A stretch of 64,000 nucleotides of DNA, from the NCBI GenBank assembly GCA_934184665.1, contig CAKPSX010000004.1, positions 728 through 64,727 on the forward strand, written 5' to 3'. Shown here one piece after another: positions 18,501 through 26,562 of the stretch (its first letter is position 1; every line of letters begins with the position of its first letter). The translations under genes and the position numbers were made by a program. The notes under the pieces are model-generated. The model saw nothing but the letters and a program-made list of their open reading frames with translations, had not been told where the DNA came from and ran no database searches. The stretch is from an uncultured Clostridia bacterium. Its GTDB lineage: Bacteria; Bacillota; Clostridia; TANB77; CAG-508.

Positions 18501-20005
18501 CAGAAATCAAAGAAAGAGAATTTAAAGAAGAAAATCCAGATGATTTTGCCACAGATGAATTAAAATTGTTACAAATATGGAAAAATATTTTACACATAAA
18601 TAAAATATCTTTATATGATAATTTCTTTGATATAGGAGGAGATTCAATTTCAGCAATAAAAATGCAAATAGAAGCATTAAAGTATGATTTTGATTTTGAA
18701 TATTCTGATATATTTAAATATCCAACAATAAAAGAATTAGCGAATATGAGAAGTAAACACAAAGAATTAAAAAAAGATATATCAAAATATGACTATACTG
18801 AGATTAATAAAATCTTATCAAAAAATACAATATCAAATATTTCAACAATAAAGAAATATAATGTTAATAATATTCTTTTGATAGGAGGCACAGGATATTT
18901 AGGAGTACATGTATTAGATAAATTTTTAAAAGAAGAAAATGGAAAAATATATTGCTTAATTAGAAGAAAAGATGATGAAGAACCATTAGCTAGATTGAAA
19001 CAAAAAATTGTATTTTATTTTGGAAATGAGTATTATGAGAAATATCAAGATAGAATACAAATAATAGAGGGAGATATTGTTAAGGAAAATCTTGCAATAT
19101 CTGAAAAAGACAAAGATGTACTTAAAAATGAGGTTACAACAGTAGTAAATGCAGGTGCACTAGTAAAACATTTTGGTACAGCAAAATTATTTAATGATAT
19201 AAATGTTTTAGGAACTCAAAATGTTGTTGACTTTTGCAAAACGTTAGGAAAAAGACTAATACATATTTCAACAATAAGTGTATCTGGTAATGGAGAAAAA
19301 GAAGAAACTATAGAAGAAACAAAGGAAAACATAAACAACAAAAAGCTATTTAGAGAAAATACTTTGTATATTGGACAAAACTTAGAGGGAGTATATACAA
19401 CAACAAAATACCAAGCAGAAATAATTGTATTAAAAGCAATTGAGGATGGACTTGATGCACAGATTTTAAGAATGGGCAATATTACAAATAGATATAGTGA
19501 TGGGGTATTTCAACAAAATGTTGAGGAAAATGCATTTGCAAAAAGGTTAAAATCATTTATAGAATTGGGTGTAATTCCTGAATATTTATTACAGCATTCT
19601 GTTGAACTGGGACCTGTAGATTTATGTGCAGAAGCGGTTATCAAAATATTACAATATAATAGTGAATGTAATGTTTTTCATATATATAATCCGAAATTAT
19701 TACCAATAAAATTATTTATTAATACTTTAAATGAGATAGGAATTAATATTAAAGGTATTAATGAAGATGAAATGACAAAAAAATTAATAGAAACTTTAAA
19801 TGATGACTTTAAAAAAGAAATTTTATCTGGTATAATACATGATATTAGTAAAAATAAAAAATTAATATATACATCAAATGTAAAAATCGATTGTGAATTT
19901 ACAGAAAAATATTTAGAAAAAATAGGATTTTTCTGGAAAGATATTGATAAAGAGTATATATTAAAATATATGAACTATTTTAAAAAAATAGGATTTATAC
20001 AATAG
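12545..20005 (+). CDS. Bimodular non-ribosomal peptide synthetase, C-A-T-C-A-T-R (terminal thioester reductase)
   Basis: Approximate domain positions follow. C1 is 12557-13880 (SSQKSIW, MHHLISDAW at 12935). A1 is 13937-15364 (YTSGSTGTPKG, GYGPSETT, YKVGDLG, RIDNQVKIRGLRIE, PNGKIDR). T1 has LGGDSLTAI with Ser at about 15521. C2 is 15677-16985 (DAHHMIMDG at 16064). A2 is 17042-18500 (YTSGSTGIPKG, YGPSEIT, YKTGDIGRW, NRKIDRK). T2 has IGGDSISAI with Ser at about 18644. R is 18872-20002 (IGGTGYLGVHV, YTTTKYQAE). Confidence 0.95.
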   Translation: MLKKMENLTSSQKSIWSVEQYFKGSSINNICGTAVFKEEIDFKKLEEAIEIVCSKHDIFKIRFKIKDGEIMQMVSDSNECNIEIIDVKDVDELKKKKEELTQKPFKIEENLLFKFYIFKFPNGKGAFMPSMHHLISDAWTIALIYNEIIETYSILKQNKEIKEEAVYSYTDYIKSEQEYQESEKFNKDKQYWKEKFVTIPDVAIIPGSKKENVDRTNPKGERNQYEIEKENVEKIKEYCKKYKISLYNFFMAVYAIYIGEITNLDEFVIGTPILNRTNFKEKHTAGMFINMAPFKINIDEELDFKEFIKNIARDSLGMLKHQKYSYQYLLEELRKQDRNIPSLYNILLSYQITNTKQNNGNVEYETDWIFNGCCAEDIDIQIFDLNDTGALNISYDYKTSIYNQKDIEKMHTRILNIMLQVIQKDDIKLKEIEVITPQEKEKVLVEFNKTDLQYDKNKPFAKYFEEQAQNTPDGIAIVFENNKITYKELNEKANSLAHVLRDNGVTNNTIIGILEKRSPEVLISMLAVLKAGGCYIPIATDYPNERIEYMLRDSDASILLTSEGNRIHTNKKIINIKDEKIYQENKENIENISQPDDLSYFIYTSGSTGTPKGVMLKQRNLSNFYNSMKTMIEFLRDRENYKMLSITTISFDIFAFETLMSLTRGLTVYLTNENEQKMTSEIERIIKENKIEIMQTTPSVMKFHIENIKNKSSLKSLKYIMLAGEPLPKQLVERIKGIIPKVTIYNGYGPSETTIFSAIADVTNQTTITIGKPINNTQIYILNKNKKLMPQGMIGEIYISGDGVGKGYMNKEEQTKVNFIQDIFDSSKIMYKVGDLGAFNENGEITCCGRIDNQVKIRGLRIELAEIERQMQSIYNIADCVVVKKVVNDKDTLCAYYVENGPVNKSVLQTILHSKLPEYMIPQYFVKLDKIPHTPNGKIDRLELPEPNLEESENEFVKPRNEIDRKLARRIKKMLQIDKVSINDTLLQLGGDSLTAITLSTKIVSEYNVQINIKDILSNYTIKDISDYIEKNKSKDVSNVKIEKAPAQETYPLSSAQKRIYYNSKMIGENNVVYNTPGGIIIDEILNIKKIKEVFSKITKRHEILRTKLEVQDGEIVQRVYDNIEFDIPVYYNTQEEITDILKKFTKPFRLEDEILFRVEVHYIDEKSTILLVDAHHMIMDGISLNNLIIEFNRLYNGSDLKNLPIQYKDYSVWENKHNQSKEILPSENYWVKKLKDCKFTPTNLPYDYKLLANRSYNGNKIINVIDEKKFRKIERYAKKIGASPYMLFVSALLILLYKYTGQNEIILGSPIANRNRNETKRMIGMFVNNIVIRGNINGNETYEEFLEKIKEQLLNDLSYQPYPFDMLIKKLGVKTDNSRNPLFDVMFTYQNKEENMVKLNGKNINVLELYNNIAKFNLSIEIKPKTHTINIEYCSDLFKKDTIINFFEHYMYVIEQILNNNEIKIDDINIITEKENKLLKKFNETDGEINNDTTAYLIEKQVDENPNNIAVICEDKKITYKELDEKANSLANHLIEKGIKRNDIVCIMTNRSIETIVAMYAILKAGGAFLNIDPTYPLDRTKHYIENSKSQYVLTQRELKDRVKEIPNCIEIDLDNELYNKNSSRPNVDIKMEDLSYIIYTSGSTGIPKGVMLNQVGLANMSKAMTKALDYLHDGKIHTLLSVTSTPFDIFVYEIIVSLTHGQKIVMANNAEHRNPTLLENLMEKYNTDVMTVTPSLMKIIYDNKREDSPLKLVKNMVFGGEPLPEKFVKDLKALADDITVFNIYGPSEITILSNVQNLNGETEITTGPPIMNTQIHILDKNMKRVPIGVVGEIYISGIQVGEGYLGNPELTQEKFLPNKYGKGKMYKTGDIGRWTFDGKVQCLGRIDNQVKLRGLRIELGEIENKMEEYPGVSSAVVNKVTIDNKDSLCGYYVTDDTIDVTETEIKAFLKKYLPQYMVPTYIVHLKKMPYSINRKIDRKALPMPEIKEREFKEENPDDFATDELKLLQIWKNILHINKISLYDNFFDIGGDSISAIKMQIEALKYDFDFEYSDIFKYPTIKELANMRSKHKELKKDISKYDYTEINKILSKNTISNISTIKKYNVNNILLIGGTGYLGVHVLDKFLKEENGKIYCLIRRKDDEEPLARLKQKIVFYFGNEYYEKYQDRIQIIEGDIVKENLAISEKDKDVLKNEVTTVVNAGALVKHFGTAKLFNDINVLGTQNVVDFCKTLGKRLIHISTISVSGNGEKEETIEETKENINNKKLFRENTLYIGQNLEGVYTTTKYQAEIIVLKAIEDGLDAQILRMGNITNRYSDGVFQQNVEENAFAKRLKSFIELGVIPEYLLQHSVELGPVDLCAEAVIKILQYNSECNVFHIYNPKLLPIKLFINTLNEIGINIKGINEDEMTKKLIETLNDDFKKEILSGIIHDISKNKKLIYTSNVKIDCEFTEKYLEKIGFFWKDIDKEYILKYMNYFKKIGFIQ

Positions 20006-20056
20006 GAATAATAATTTCCTAAAGAAAAACTATATTTTAATCAAAGGGAGAAATAT

Positions 20057-21877
20057 ATGGAATTAGTAAACACAGAATTTGTATTATTAGTAATATCTAC
20101 ACTTTCAATAATATTATTAATATTTAATATTACTAGAAAAAGACCATTATCACAATTACAATATGCATTTACATCACTTTTAGTAAATATTTTGATTATA
20201 AGCGTTGGCGTAATTTCGCAGCTAGTTTGTACTACAGTTGGGAATGTCGGGCCAATTATATTTGAAAATTTTATATACATAGGAACATGTTTATTGCCAG
20301 TGTCATTGTTCTTTGTTGCAATAATATTTAAAAATACGAAAATAAGATTTAAAAAACGATATTTGCTATTATTTGTAATACCATTGCTGACACTTGCAAT
20401 ACTTTACACAAATAAATATCATCATTTATTTTATAAAATGTATTCTTCAAACTTAAATGAAATGATATATGGACCATATTTCTATGTACATACAATCTAT
20501 ACTTATGGATTACTTCTAATAAGTATGGGGATAATGATAAATTCATCATTCAAAAATTCGGGTGCATTTTCAAAACAAACTGTGTTAATAGTAATTGGAA
20601 CGGCATTTCCAATATTAATTAATGTTTTGGGCACACTTAAAATATATGATATGAATGTATGTTTTACACCAATAAGTTTTTCAATAGCGACGATATTCTA
20701 CACATTTGCAATATTAAAATTTAACTTTTTGAAAATCACACCAATTGCATTACAAAAAATAGTTGATAGAATATCAGATGGATATGTTGTTCTTGATGAA
20801 AGCAATACAGTTATTGATTTTAACAAAACATTTTTGGACATTTTTAAATTAAGCCCTGAAGAAATCAGAAGTGAAAACTTTATTAAATTTTTGCAAAAGA
20901 AAAATATGAATAAAAGGACAGTATCTAAAATAGAAAAAGAACTTAAAAGAGCAAATGAGGCAGAAGTAACAATAACATTTGAACAACATTTTTCATATAT
21001 AAAGAAATATTTTAAAATTGAAATAACACCAATAAATATAGATAATACATCATTGGGAACAATATTTTTATTAAAAGATATTACACAACATAAACAAGAT
21101 ATGGAAACAATAAGGAATAATCAAGATGTATTAATGGAAAGAGAGCGATTGGCTTCTTTAGGACAATTAATAGGTGGAATAGCACATAATTTAAAAACGC
21201 CGATAATGTCAATTGCAGGAGCGACAGAAGCTTTGGAGGAATTAATAAAAGAATATGACGAATCAATTGATGATCCATTAGTAAATTCACAAGACCATCA
21301 TGATATAGCAAAAGATATGGAAAGTTGGATACCAAAAATAAGAACACATATAGAATATATGTCAGATATCATAACAACAGTAAAAGGACAGGCGGTTGCA
21401 CTATCAAATGATAAGACAATGTCATTCACAATTGGAGAATTAATTAAAAGAGTAAATATTTTAATGAAACATGAATTAAAAAATGCATATATATATTTAA
21501 ATATTCTTATGAAAACAGATGAGAATTTAGTGCTAAAAGGTGATGTTAATGCATTAGTCCAAGTTTTAAATAATATGATAACAAATGCAATACAAGCATA
21601 TAATGGTGTTCGTGATAAAAATATTGAACTTGAAGTAAATAAAAAAGGAAATGATATAATAATATCATTAACAGATTATGCTGGAGGACTTCCAAAAGAG
21701 GTTCAAGATAAATTATTTAAAGAAATGGTTACAACAAAAGGAAAAAATGGAACGGGTCTAGGGTTGTATATGTCATATTCTAATATAAGAGCAAGATTTG
21801 GCGGAGATATAACATATAGAACCGAAGAAGGAAAAGGAACAACTTTCAGTATAATAATTCCAACAAATAAATTATAA
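20057..21877 (+). CDS. Sensor histidine kinase with a multi-pass (about 7TM) N-terminal domain and a PAS-like linker
   Basis: About 230 aa of hydrophobic helices, then the H-box GGIAHNLKTPI, N-box NNMITNAIQA, and G-boxes DYAGGLP and GTGLGLY. Confidence 0.85.
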   Translation: MELVNTEFVLLVISTLSIILLIFNITRKRPLSQLQYAFTSLLVNILIISVGVISQLVCTTVGNVGPIIFENFIYIGTCLLPVSLFFVAIIFKNTKIRFKKRYLLLFVIPLLTLAILYTNKYHHLFYKMYSSNLNEMIYGPYFYVHTIYTYGLLLISMGIMINSSFKNSGAFSKQTVLIVIGTAFPILINVLGTLKIYDMNVCFTPISFSIATIFYTFAILKFNFLKITPIALQKIVDRISDGYVVLDESNTVIDFNKTFLDIFKLSPEEIRSENFIKFLQKKNMNKRTVSKIEKELKRANEAEVTITFEQHFSYIKKYFKIEITPINIDNTSLGTIFLLKDITQHKQDMETIRNNQDVLMERERLASLGQLIGGIAHNLKTPIMSIAGATEALEELIKEYDESIDDPLVNSQDHHDIAKDMESWIPKIRTHIEYMSDIITTVKGQAVALSNDKTMSFTIGELIKRVNILMKHELKNAYIYLNILMKTDENLVLKGDVNALVQVLNNMITNAIQAYNGVRDKNIELEVNKKGNDIIISLTDYAGGLPKEVQDKLFKEMVTTKGKNGTGLGLYMSYSNIRARFGGDITYRTEEGKGTTFSIIIPTNKL

Positions 21878-21880
21878 AAA

Positions 21881-21908
21881 TCAGGTAAGTTTGTACAAGC
21901 TTACCTGA
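21881..21908 (+). terminator. Terminator-like hairpin after the kinase gene
   Basis: tcaggtaag-N10-cttacctga; the T-run is weak. Confidence 0.45.
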
Positions 21909-21946
21909 ATTAATAATAATGATAAGTAGAAAGGAATGGTAGTAAT

Positions 21947-22615
21947 ATGTGTTTTATAGTAGCAGTAGATGGACCAGCTGGTAGTGGAAAGGGTACAGTA
22001 ACAAAAAGAATTGAAAAAGAATTAGGTTTAGTTAATTTAGATACAGGTGCAACTTATAGATGTGTTGCTTTAGATGCAATAAGACATGGGTTCAAAGCAG
22101 AAGATGAAGAGAAAATAATAAAAATGCTAAATGGTATAAACATCAAAATAGAAAAAAAGGATGGAAAGGATGTAATATTTCTTAATGGTGAAGATGTTAG
22201 TAAAGAAATACGTGATTTACCTGTAACTAAAATGGTTTCACAAATATCATCAATAATTCCTGTAAGAGAAAAACTAATTGAAATTCAAAGAGGTTTGGCA
22301 AAGGGAAAAAATGTTATTGCAGAGGGCAGAGATATTGGAACCGTAGTATTTCCAGATGCAAACTTAAAAATTTATTTAGATGCAAATGAGAAAATTAGAG
22401 CTGAAAGAAGATATAAGGAATATCTTGAAAATGGAGTAAGTACAACTTATGAAGAAGTTTTAGAAAGTATAAAAACAAGAGATATGAATGATAAAAATAA
22501 AAAGTTTGGAGCATTGAAAAAAGCAGATGATGCAATAGTTGTAGATACTTCAAATAAAACAATTGATGAAGTTACAGAAGAAGTAAAAGGATTAATTAAA
22601 CAAAAAATGATATAA
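21947..22615 (+). CDS. cmk: Cytidylate kinase
   Basis: P-loop VDGPAGSGKGT, plus DTGATYR and GRDIGTVVFPDA. Confidence 0.9.
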   Translation: MCFIVAVDGPAGSGKGTVTKRIEKELGLVNLDTGATYRCVALDAIRHGFKAEDEEKIIKMLNGINIKIEKKDGKDVIFLNGEDVSKEIRDLPVTKMVSQISSIIPVREKLIEIQRGLAKGKNVIAEGRDIGTVVFPDANLKIYLDANEKIRAERRYKEYLENGVSTTYEEVLESIKTRDMNDKNKKFGALKKADDAIVVDTSNKTIDEVTEEVKGLIKQKMI

Positions 22616-22620
22616 ATTAC

Positions 22621-22893
22621 TTAAATAAATAAATTTAGAAAAGTTAAGACAATTGTTGAAAAGATTGCTTTAAATGAAAGTTTTGCACTACGTTTAATAA
22701 AGACTTCTGTATCAGTAAGTCTATTTTCACCAATTATAGTTAATGCAACACATGGTTCATCAATTTCACGATATTCAATCAATGAAATAGGAGTAGCACT
22801 TTGGTTTATAGAAAAATCAGTGCTATTTATTTTTTGTGAGCTATAAATATTATTATCAAAATAATCTAATTTCCCAAAAACTAGGCTAAGCAT
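22621..22893 (-). CDS. Hypothetical small protein (90 aa)
   Basis: It is the only long ORF in a 430-nt gap. AAAGGA lies 7 nt before the ATG at 22893; the listed ORF extends to 23013. I recognise no motif. Confidence 0.4.
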   Translation of the reverse strand: MLSLVFGKLDYFDNNIYSSQKINSTDFSINQSATPISLIEYREIDEPCVALTIIGENRLTDTEVFIKRSAKLSFKAIFSTIVLTFLNLFI

Positions 22894-23099
22894 TTTAAAA
22901 TCCTTTCTTAATTTACAAAAATGTTTATAAATATTCAATTTTAGTATATCAAGCCAGATTAGAAAAAGCAAATAAAATGTTAAAATGTCATAAAAAAGAA
23001 ATATTTGTAACAATAATGTAATAAAATAAAAATTTTGTAAAAAGCTTGATTTTTATTGTATTAATTAATATAATAACAATATCTAATATAAGGGGTGGT

Positions 23100-24170
23100 A
23101 TGATGAGAAAGGCACTTCAGAATCAACTAAAAGGAACAAAAGAAGAGAAGTATAAAATTATAGCAGTAGATGATGAAGCAGGAATAATTGATTCATTATC
23201 TGTATTTTTAAGAAAAACGAACTATGAATATGTAGGAGTAACAGATCCTGTTGAGGCCATTGAAAGAGTAAAAAAAGAACATTTTGATTTAATGTTATTA
23301 GACTTTATGATGACACCATTGCATGGTGATGAAGTCGTAGAAGAAATTAGAAAATTTAATAAAGAATTATATATATTGTTGCTAACAGGTCATAAAGATT
23401 TAGCACCACCATTAGAAACAATAAAAAGACTTGATATACAAGGTTACTGTGAAAAAAGTGATAAATTTGATCAGCTATTATTGTTAATTGAGTCTGGAAT
23501 AAAATCAATAAAACAAATGCAGGAAATAAAAAGAATAAATGCTGAGCTTGAAGAAACAAATGAAAAATTAGAACAAGCTTATTTAGATAGTGTTGAAACA
23601 TTAAGATATACTGTAGAAGCAAAAGACCCATATACAAGAGGTCATTCTGATAGAGTATCTGAATTTTCTGTATTGATTGGAAAAAAATTAGGGCTACCAG
23701 AAGAGCAATTAAAAATATTACGAATTGGTGGATTATTCCATGATATTGGCAAAATAGGAATACCGGATAATATTTTACAAAAAGAGTCAAAACTAACAGA
23801 TGATGAATATTCAGAAATAAAAAATCATCCATCAATTGGTGTACATATTTTGGGTTCAGCAGAAATATTTAAAGATATAATACCAATAGTAAAACATCAT
23901 CATGAAAGATATGATGGTAGAGGTTATCCATCAGGTTTAAAAGGAGAGGAAATACCTTATATTGCAAGAATTGCAGCAGTTGCAGATACTTTTGATGCAA
24001 TGACAAGTAAAAGAAGTTATAGAGATGCATTAGATTTGCAAGTTGTAAAAGATGAGATAAAAAGATGTGAAGGCACACAGTTTGACCCAGAAATAGCTGA
24101 AGTATTTTTGGAGATATTAAACAATGAATATGAAAGTATTAAAGAAATACAAGATAAATATATAAAATAA
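23100..24170 (+). CDS. Response regulator with an HD-GYP (c-di-GMP phosphodiesterase-type) output domain
   Basis: AAGGGGTGG RBS precedes the ATG at 23100. Receiver domain (IIAVDDE, LMLLDFMMTP, LLLTGH). HD-GYP motifs are GGLFHDIGKIGIP and HHERYDGRGYPSGL. Confidence 0.85.
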   Translation: MMRKALQNQLKGTKEEKYKIIAVDDEAGIIDSLSVFLRKTNYEYVGVTDPVEAIERVKKEHFDLMLLDFMMTPLHGDEVVEEIRKFNKELYILLLTGHKDLAPPLETIKRLDIQGYCEKSDKFDQLLLLIESGIKSIKQMQEIKRINAELEETNEKLEQAYLDSVETLRYTVEAKDPYTRGHSDRVSEFSVLIGKKLGLPEEQLKILRIGGLFHDIGKIGIPDNILQKESKLTDDEYSEIKNHPSIGVHILGSAEIFKDIIPIVKHHHERYDGRGYPSGLKGEEIPYIARIAAVADTFDAMTSKRSYRDALDLQVVKDEIKRCEGTQFDPEIAEVFLEILNNEYESIKEIQDKYIK

Positions 24171-24250
24171 AAATGCAAATTTTGGAGAGCTTAAGTGTCA
24201 AAGAGCTTTAAGCTCTTTAAAATTGTAATTATTAATATGAAAGGAAAAAA

Positions 24251-26401
24251 ATGGAAAAGATAATAAACCAAATAGCTAGTGAGCTAAATGTTAAAAATAC
24301 ACAAGTTGAAAACGCAGTAAAGCTAATAGATGAGGGAAATACAATTCCGTTTATTGCACGTTATAGAAAAGAAGTTACAGGAGGATTAAGTGACGAAATA
24401 TTAAGAACATTAGGAGAAAGATTAACATATCTTAGAAACTTAGAAACAAGAAAAGGAGAAGTAATAAAATCAATAGATGAGCAAGGAAAGCTTACTGATG
24501 AACTAACAGTAGCAATAGCATCAGCTGAAACACTTGCAGAGGTTGAAGATTTATACAGACCTTATAAACAAAAGAAAAAAACAAGAGCAACAGTCGCAAA
24601 AGCAAAAGGATTAGAACCTCTTGCAAATATAATTTTTGAACAAAAAGAGAAAAAAGATATAAATGAAATTGCTTCAGAATTTATTAGTGAGGAAAAAGGT
24701 GTAACTACTGCGGAAGAAGCCATTCAGGGGGCTTTAGATATAATTGCTGAGAATATTTCAGATAATGCACAATATAGAAAATATATTAAAAAAGTATGTT
24801 ATAGAGAAGGCCTTATCTCAACAAAAGCAGCGAAACCAGATGAAAAATCCAACTATGAAATGTATTATGATTTTGAAGAATTAGTTTGCAAACTACCAAG
24901 TCACAGAATATTGGCTATTAATAGAGGAGAAAGTGAAGGAGTTTTAAAAGTTTCAATCACAAAACCAGAAGATAAAATAATTTATTATATGGAAAGAGAT
25001 ATTGTAAAAGAAAAAACTCAATTCACAGAAATGTTGAAAACAACAATATTAGATGCATTTAAGAGACTAATAGAACCATCTATAGATAGAGAAATTCGTT
25101 CTGACTTAACAGAAAAAGCAGAAGAAAAAGCAATAAAAGTATTTGGACAAAATGCAAAACAACTATTACTTGGAGCACCAATTAAAGGAAAAACAGTAAT
25201 GGGATTTGACCCAGCATATAGAACAGGTTGCAAGATTGCTGTAATAGATGAAACAGGTAAAGTTTTAGACACAGCAACAGTATATCCAACAGCACCACAA
25301 AATGATGAAGAAGGCGCCAAAAAGGTCTTATTAAATTTAATTGAAAAAGACCATATAGATATGATTGCAATAGGAAATGGTACAGCATCACGTGAATCAG
25401 AAAAGTTTGTTTCTGATATGATAAAAGAAGTAAATCATGATATTTGTTATGTAATAGTCAGTGAAGCAGGAGCATCCGTATATTCAGCATCAAAATTAGC
25501 AACAGAAGAATATCCAGATATAAATGTATCAATAAGAGGAGCAATTTCAATTGCCCGTAGATTACAAGATCCACTTGCTGAACTTGTGAAAATTGACCCA
25601 AAGGCAATTGGAGTAGGTCAATACCAACATGATGTTAATCAAAAAAAACTTTCAGAAAGTTTAACAGGTGTTGTAGAAGATAGTGTTAATAAAGTTGGTG
25701 TTGATGTAAACACAGCAACTCCTTCATTACTTTCTTATGTATCAGGCATTAACAATACAATTGCAAAAAATATTGTAAGATATAGAGATGAAAATGGAAA
25801 ATTAAAAGAAAGAAAAGAGCTTCTAAAAGTTCCAAAGCTTGGAAAAGTTGCATATGAACAATGCGCAGGATTTATAAGAATTCCAGATGGAACAAACCCA
25901 TTAGAAAATACAGCAGTTCATCCAGAGAGCTATGAACAAACTGAAAAATTATTATCCAAAATAGGCTTTACTAAAGCAGATTTAAAAGATAAAGAAAAAT
26001 TAAATGAGCTAAGAGAAAAACTAAAAACTATTGATATATCTTTAATATCAAAAGAACTTGATATTGGAGAAATGACACTTACTGATATCATTTCAGAGTT
26101 GTCAAAACCAGGACGTGACCCTAGAGATGATATGCCAAAACCAATTTTACGTAATGATGTCTTGAAATTCGAAGATTTAACAGAAGGTATGGTTCTTACA
26201 GGAACAGTACGTAATGTTATAGACTTTGGGGCATTTGTAGATATTGGAGTAAAATATGATGGACTTGTTCACATATCAGAAATGAGTAACTCATATATAA
26301 AATCTCCATCTGACTTTGTTTCAGTTGGTGATATTGTAAAAGTTAAAGTAATAAAAATAGACCTTGAACGTAAAAAAGTAGGCTTATCTATGAAAATATA
26401 A
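24251..26401 (+). CDS. tex: Tex-like transcription accessory protein (YqgF/HhH/S1 domains)
   Basis: N-terminal IPFIARYRKE, a central YqgF-like region (GFDPAYRTGCK), and a C-terminal S1 domain (GTVRNVIDFGAFVDIG). Confidence 0.9.
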   Translation: MEKIINQIASELNVKNTQVENAVKLIDEGNTIPFIARYRKEVTGGLSDEILRTLGERLTYLRNLETRKGEVIKSIDEQGKLTDELTVAIASAETLAEVEDLYRPYKQKKKTRATVAKAKGLEPLANIIFEQKEKKDINEIASEFISEEKGVTTAEEAIQGALDIIAENISDNAQYRKYIKKVCYREGLISTKAAKPDEKSNYEMYYDFEELVCKLPSHRILAINRGESEGVLKVSITKPEDKIIYYMERDIVKEKTQFTEMLKTTILDAFKRLIEPSIDREIRSDLTEKAEEKAIKVFGQNAKQLLLGAPIKGKTVMGFDPAYRTGCKIAVIDETGKVLDTATVYPTAPQNDEEGAKKVLLNLIEKDHIDMIAIGNGTASRESEKFVSDMIKEVNHDICYVIVSEAGASVYSASKLATEEYPDINVSIRGAISIARRLQDPLAELVKIDPKAIGVGQYQHDVNQKKLSESLTGVVEDSVNKVGVDVNTATPSLLSYVSGINNTIAKNIVRYRDENGKLKERKELLKVPKLGKVAYEQCAGFIRIPDGTNPLENTAVHPESYEQTEKLLSKIGFTKADLKDKEKLNELREKLKTIDISLISKELDIGEMTLTDIISELSKPGRDPRDDMPKPILRNDVLKFEDLTEGMVLTGTVRNVIDFGAFVDIGVKYDGLVHISEMSNSYIKSPSDFVSVGDIVKVKVIKIDLERKKVGLSMKI

Positions 26402-26443
26402 ATGGAAAAAATAACAAAAAAGCTTTTAAATTATGTAAATCTG

Positions 26444-26452
26444 TGATATAAT
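26444..26452 (+). promoter_or_regulatory. Extended -10 element (TGaTATAAT) upstream of the 337-aa orphan gene
   Basis: TGATATAAT. The -35 region is poor (TTTTAA). It overlaps the left arm of a 39-bp palindrome. Confidence 0.4.
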
Positions 26453-26562
26453 AAACAAGATGGCGACATTTGTCGTATCTTGTTTATTGTGATTTGGTAC
26501 ACAAAATCATATTAAACAATTAGCAATTCCCCAAATTTAATTAAAAGAAAGGAAGAAACAAA

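Noticed and set aside
23046-23099. N-terminal extensions in the ORF track. Examples: 23046 for the HD-GYP regulator, 52165 for Lon-like, 46324 for ffh, 47758 for rpsP, 4137 for XRE, 34059/34681, 6205 and 3989.
   Set aside because: In each case an internal start is preceded by a good RBS at proper spacing and matches the conserved N-terminus. The upstream extensions lack an RBS.
26528-26538. An 11-nt identity, ATTCCCCAAAT, upstream of both the foreign 337-aa gene and aspS (about 40265).
   Set aside because: Shared 11-mers are expected by chance many times in 64 kb, and the surrounding sequence is unrelated.
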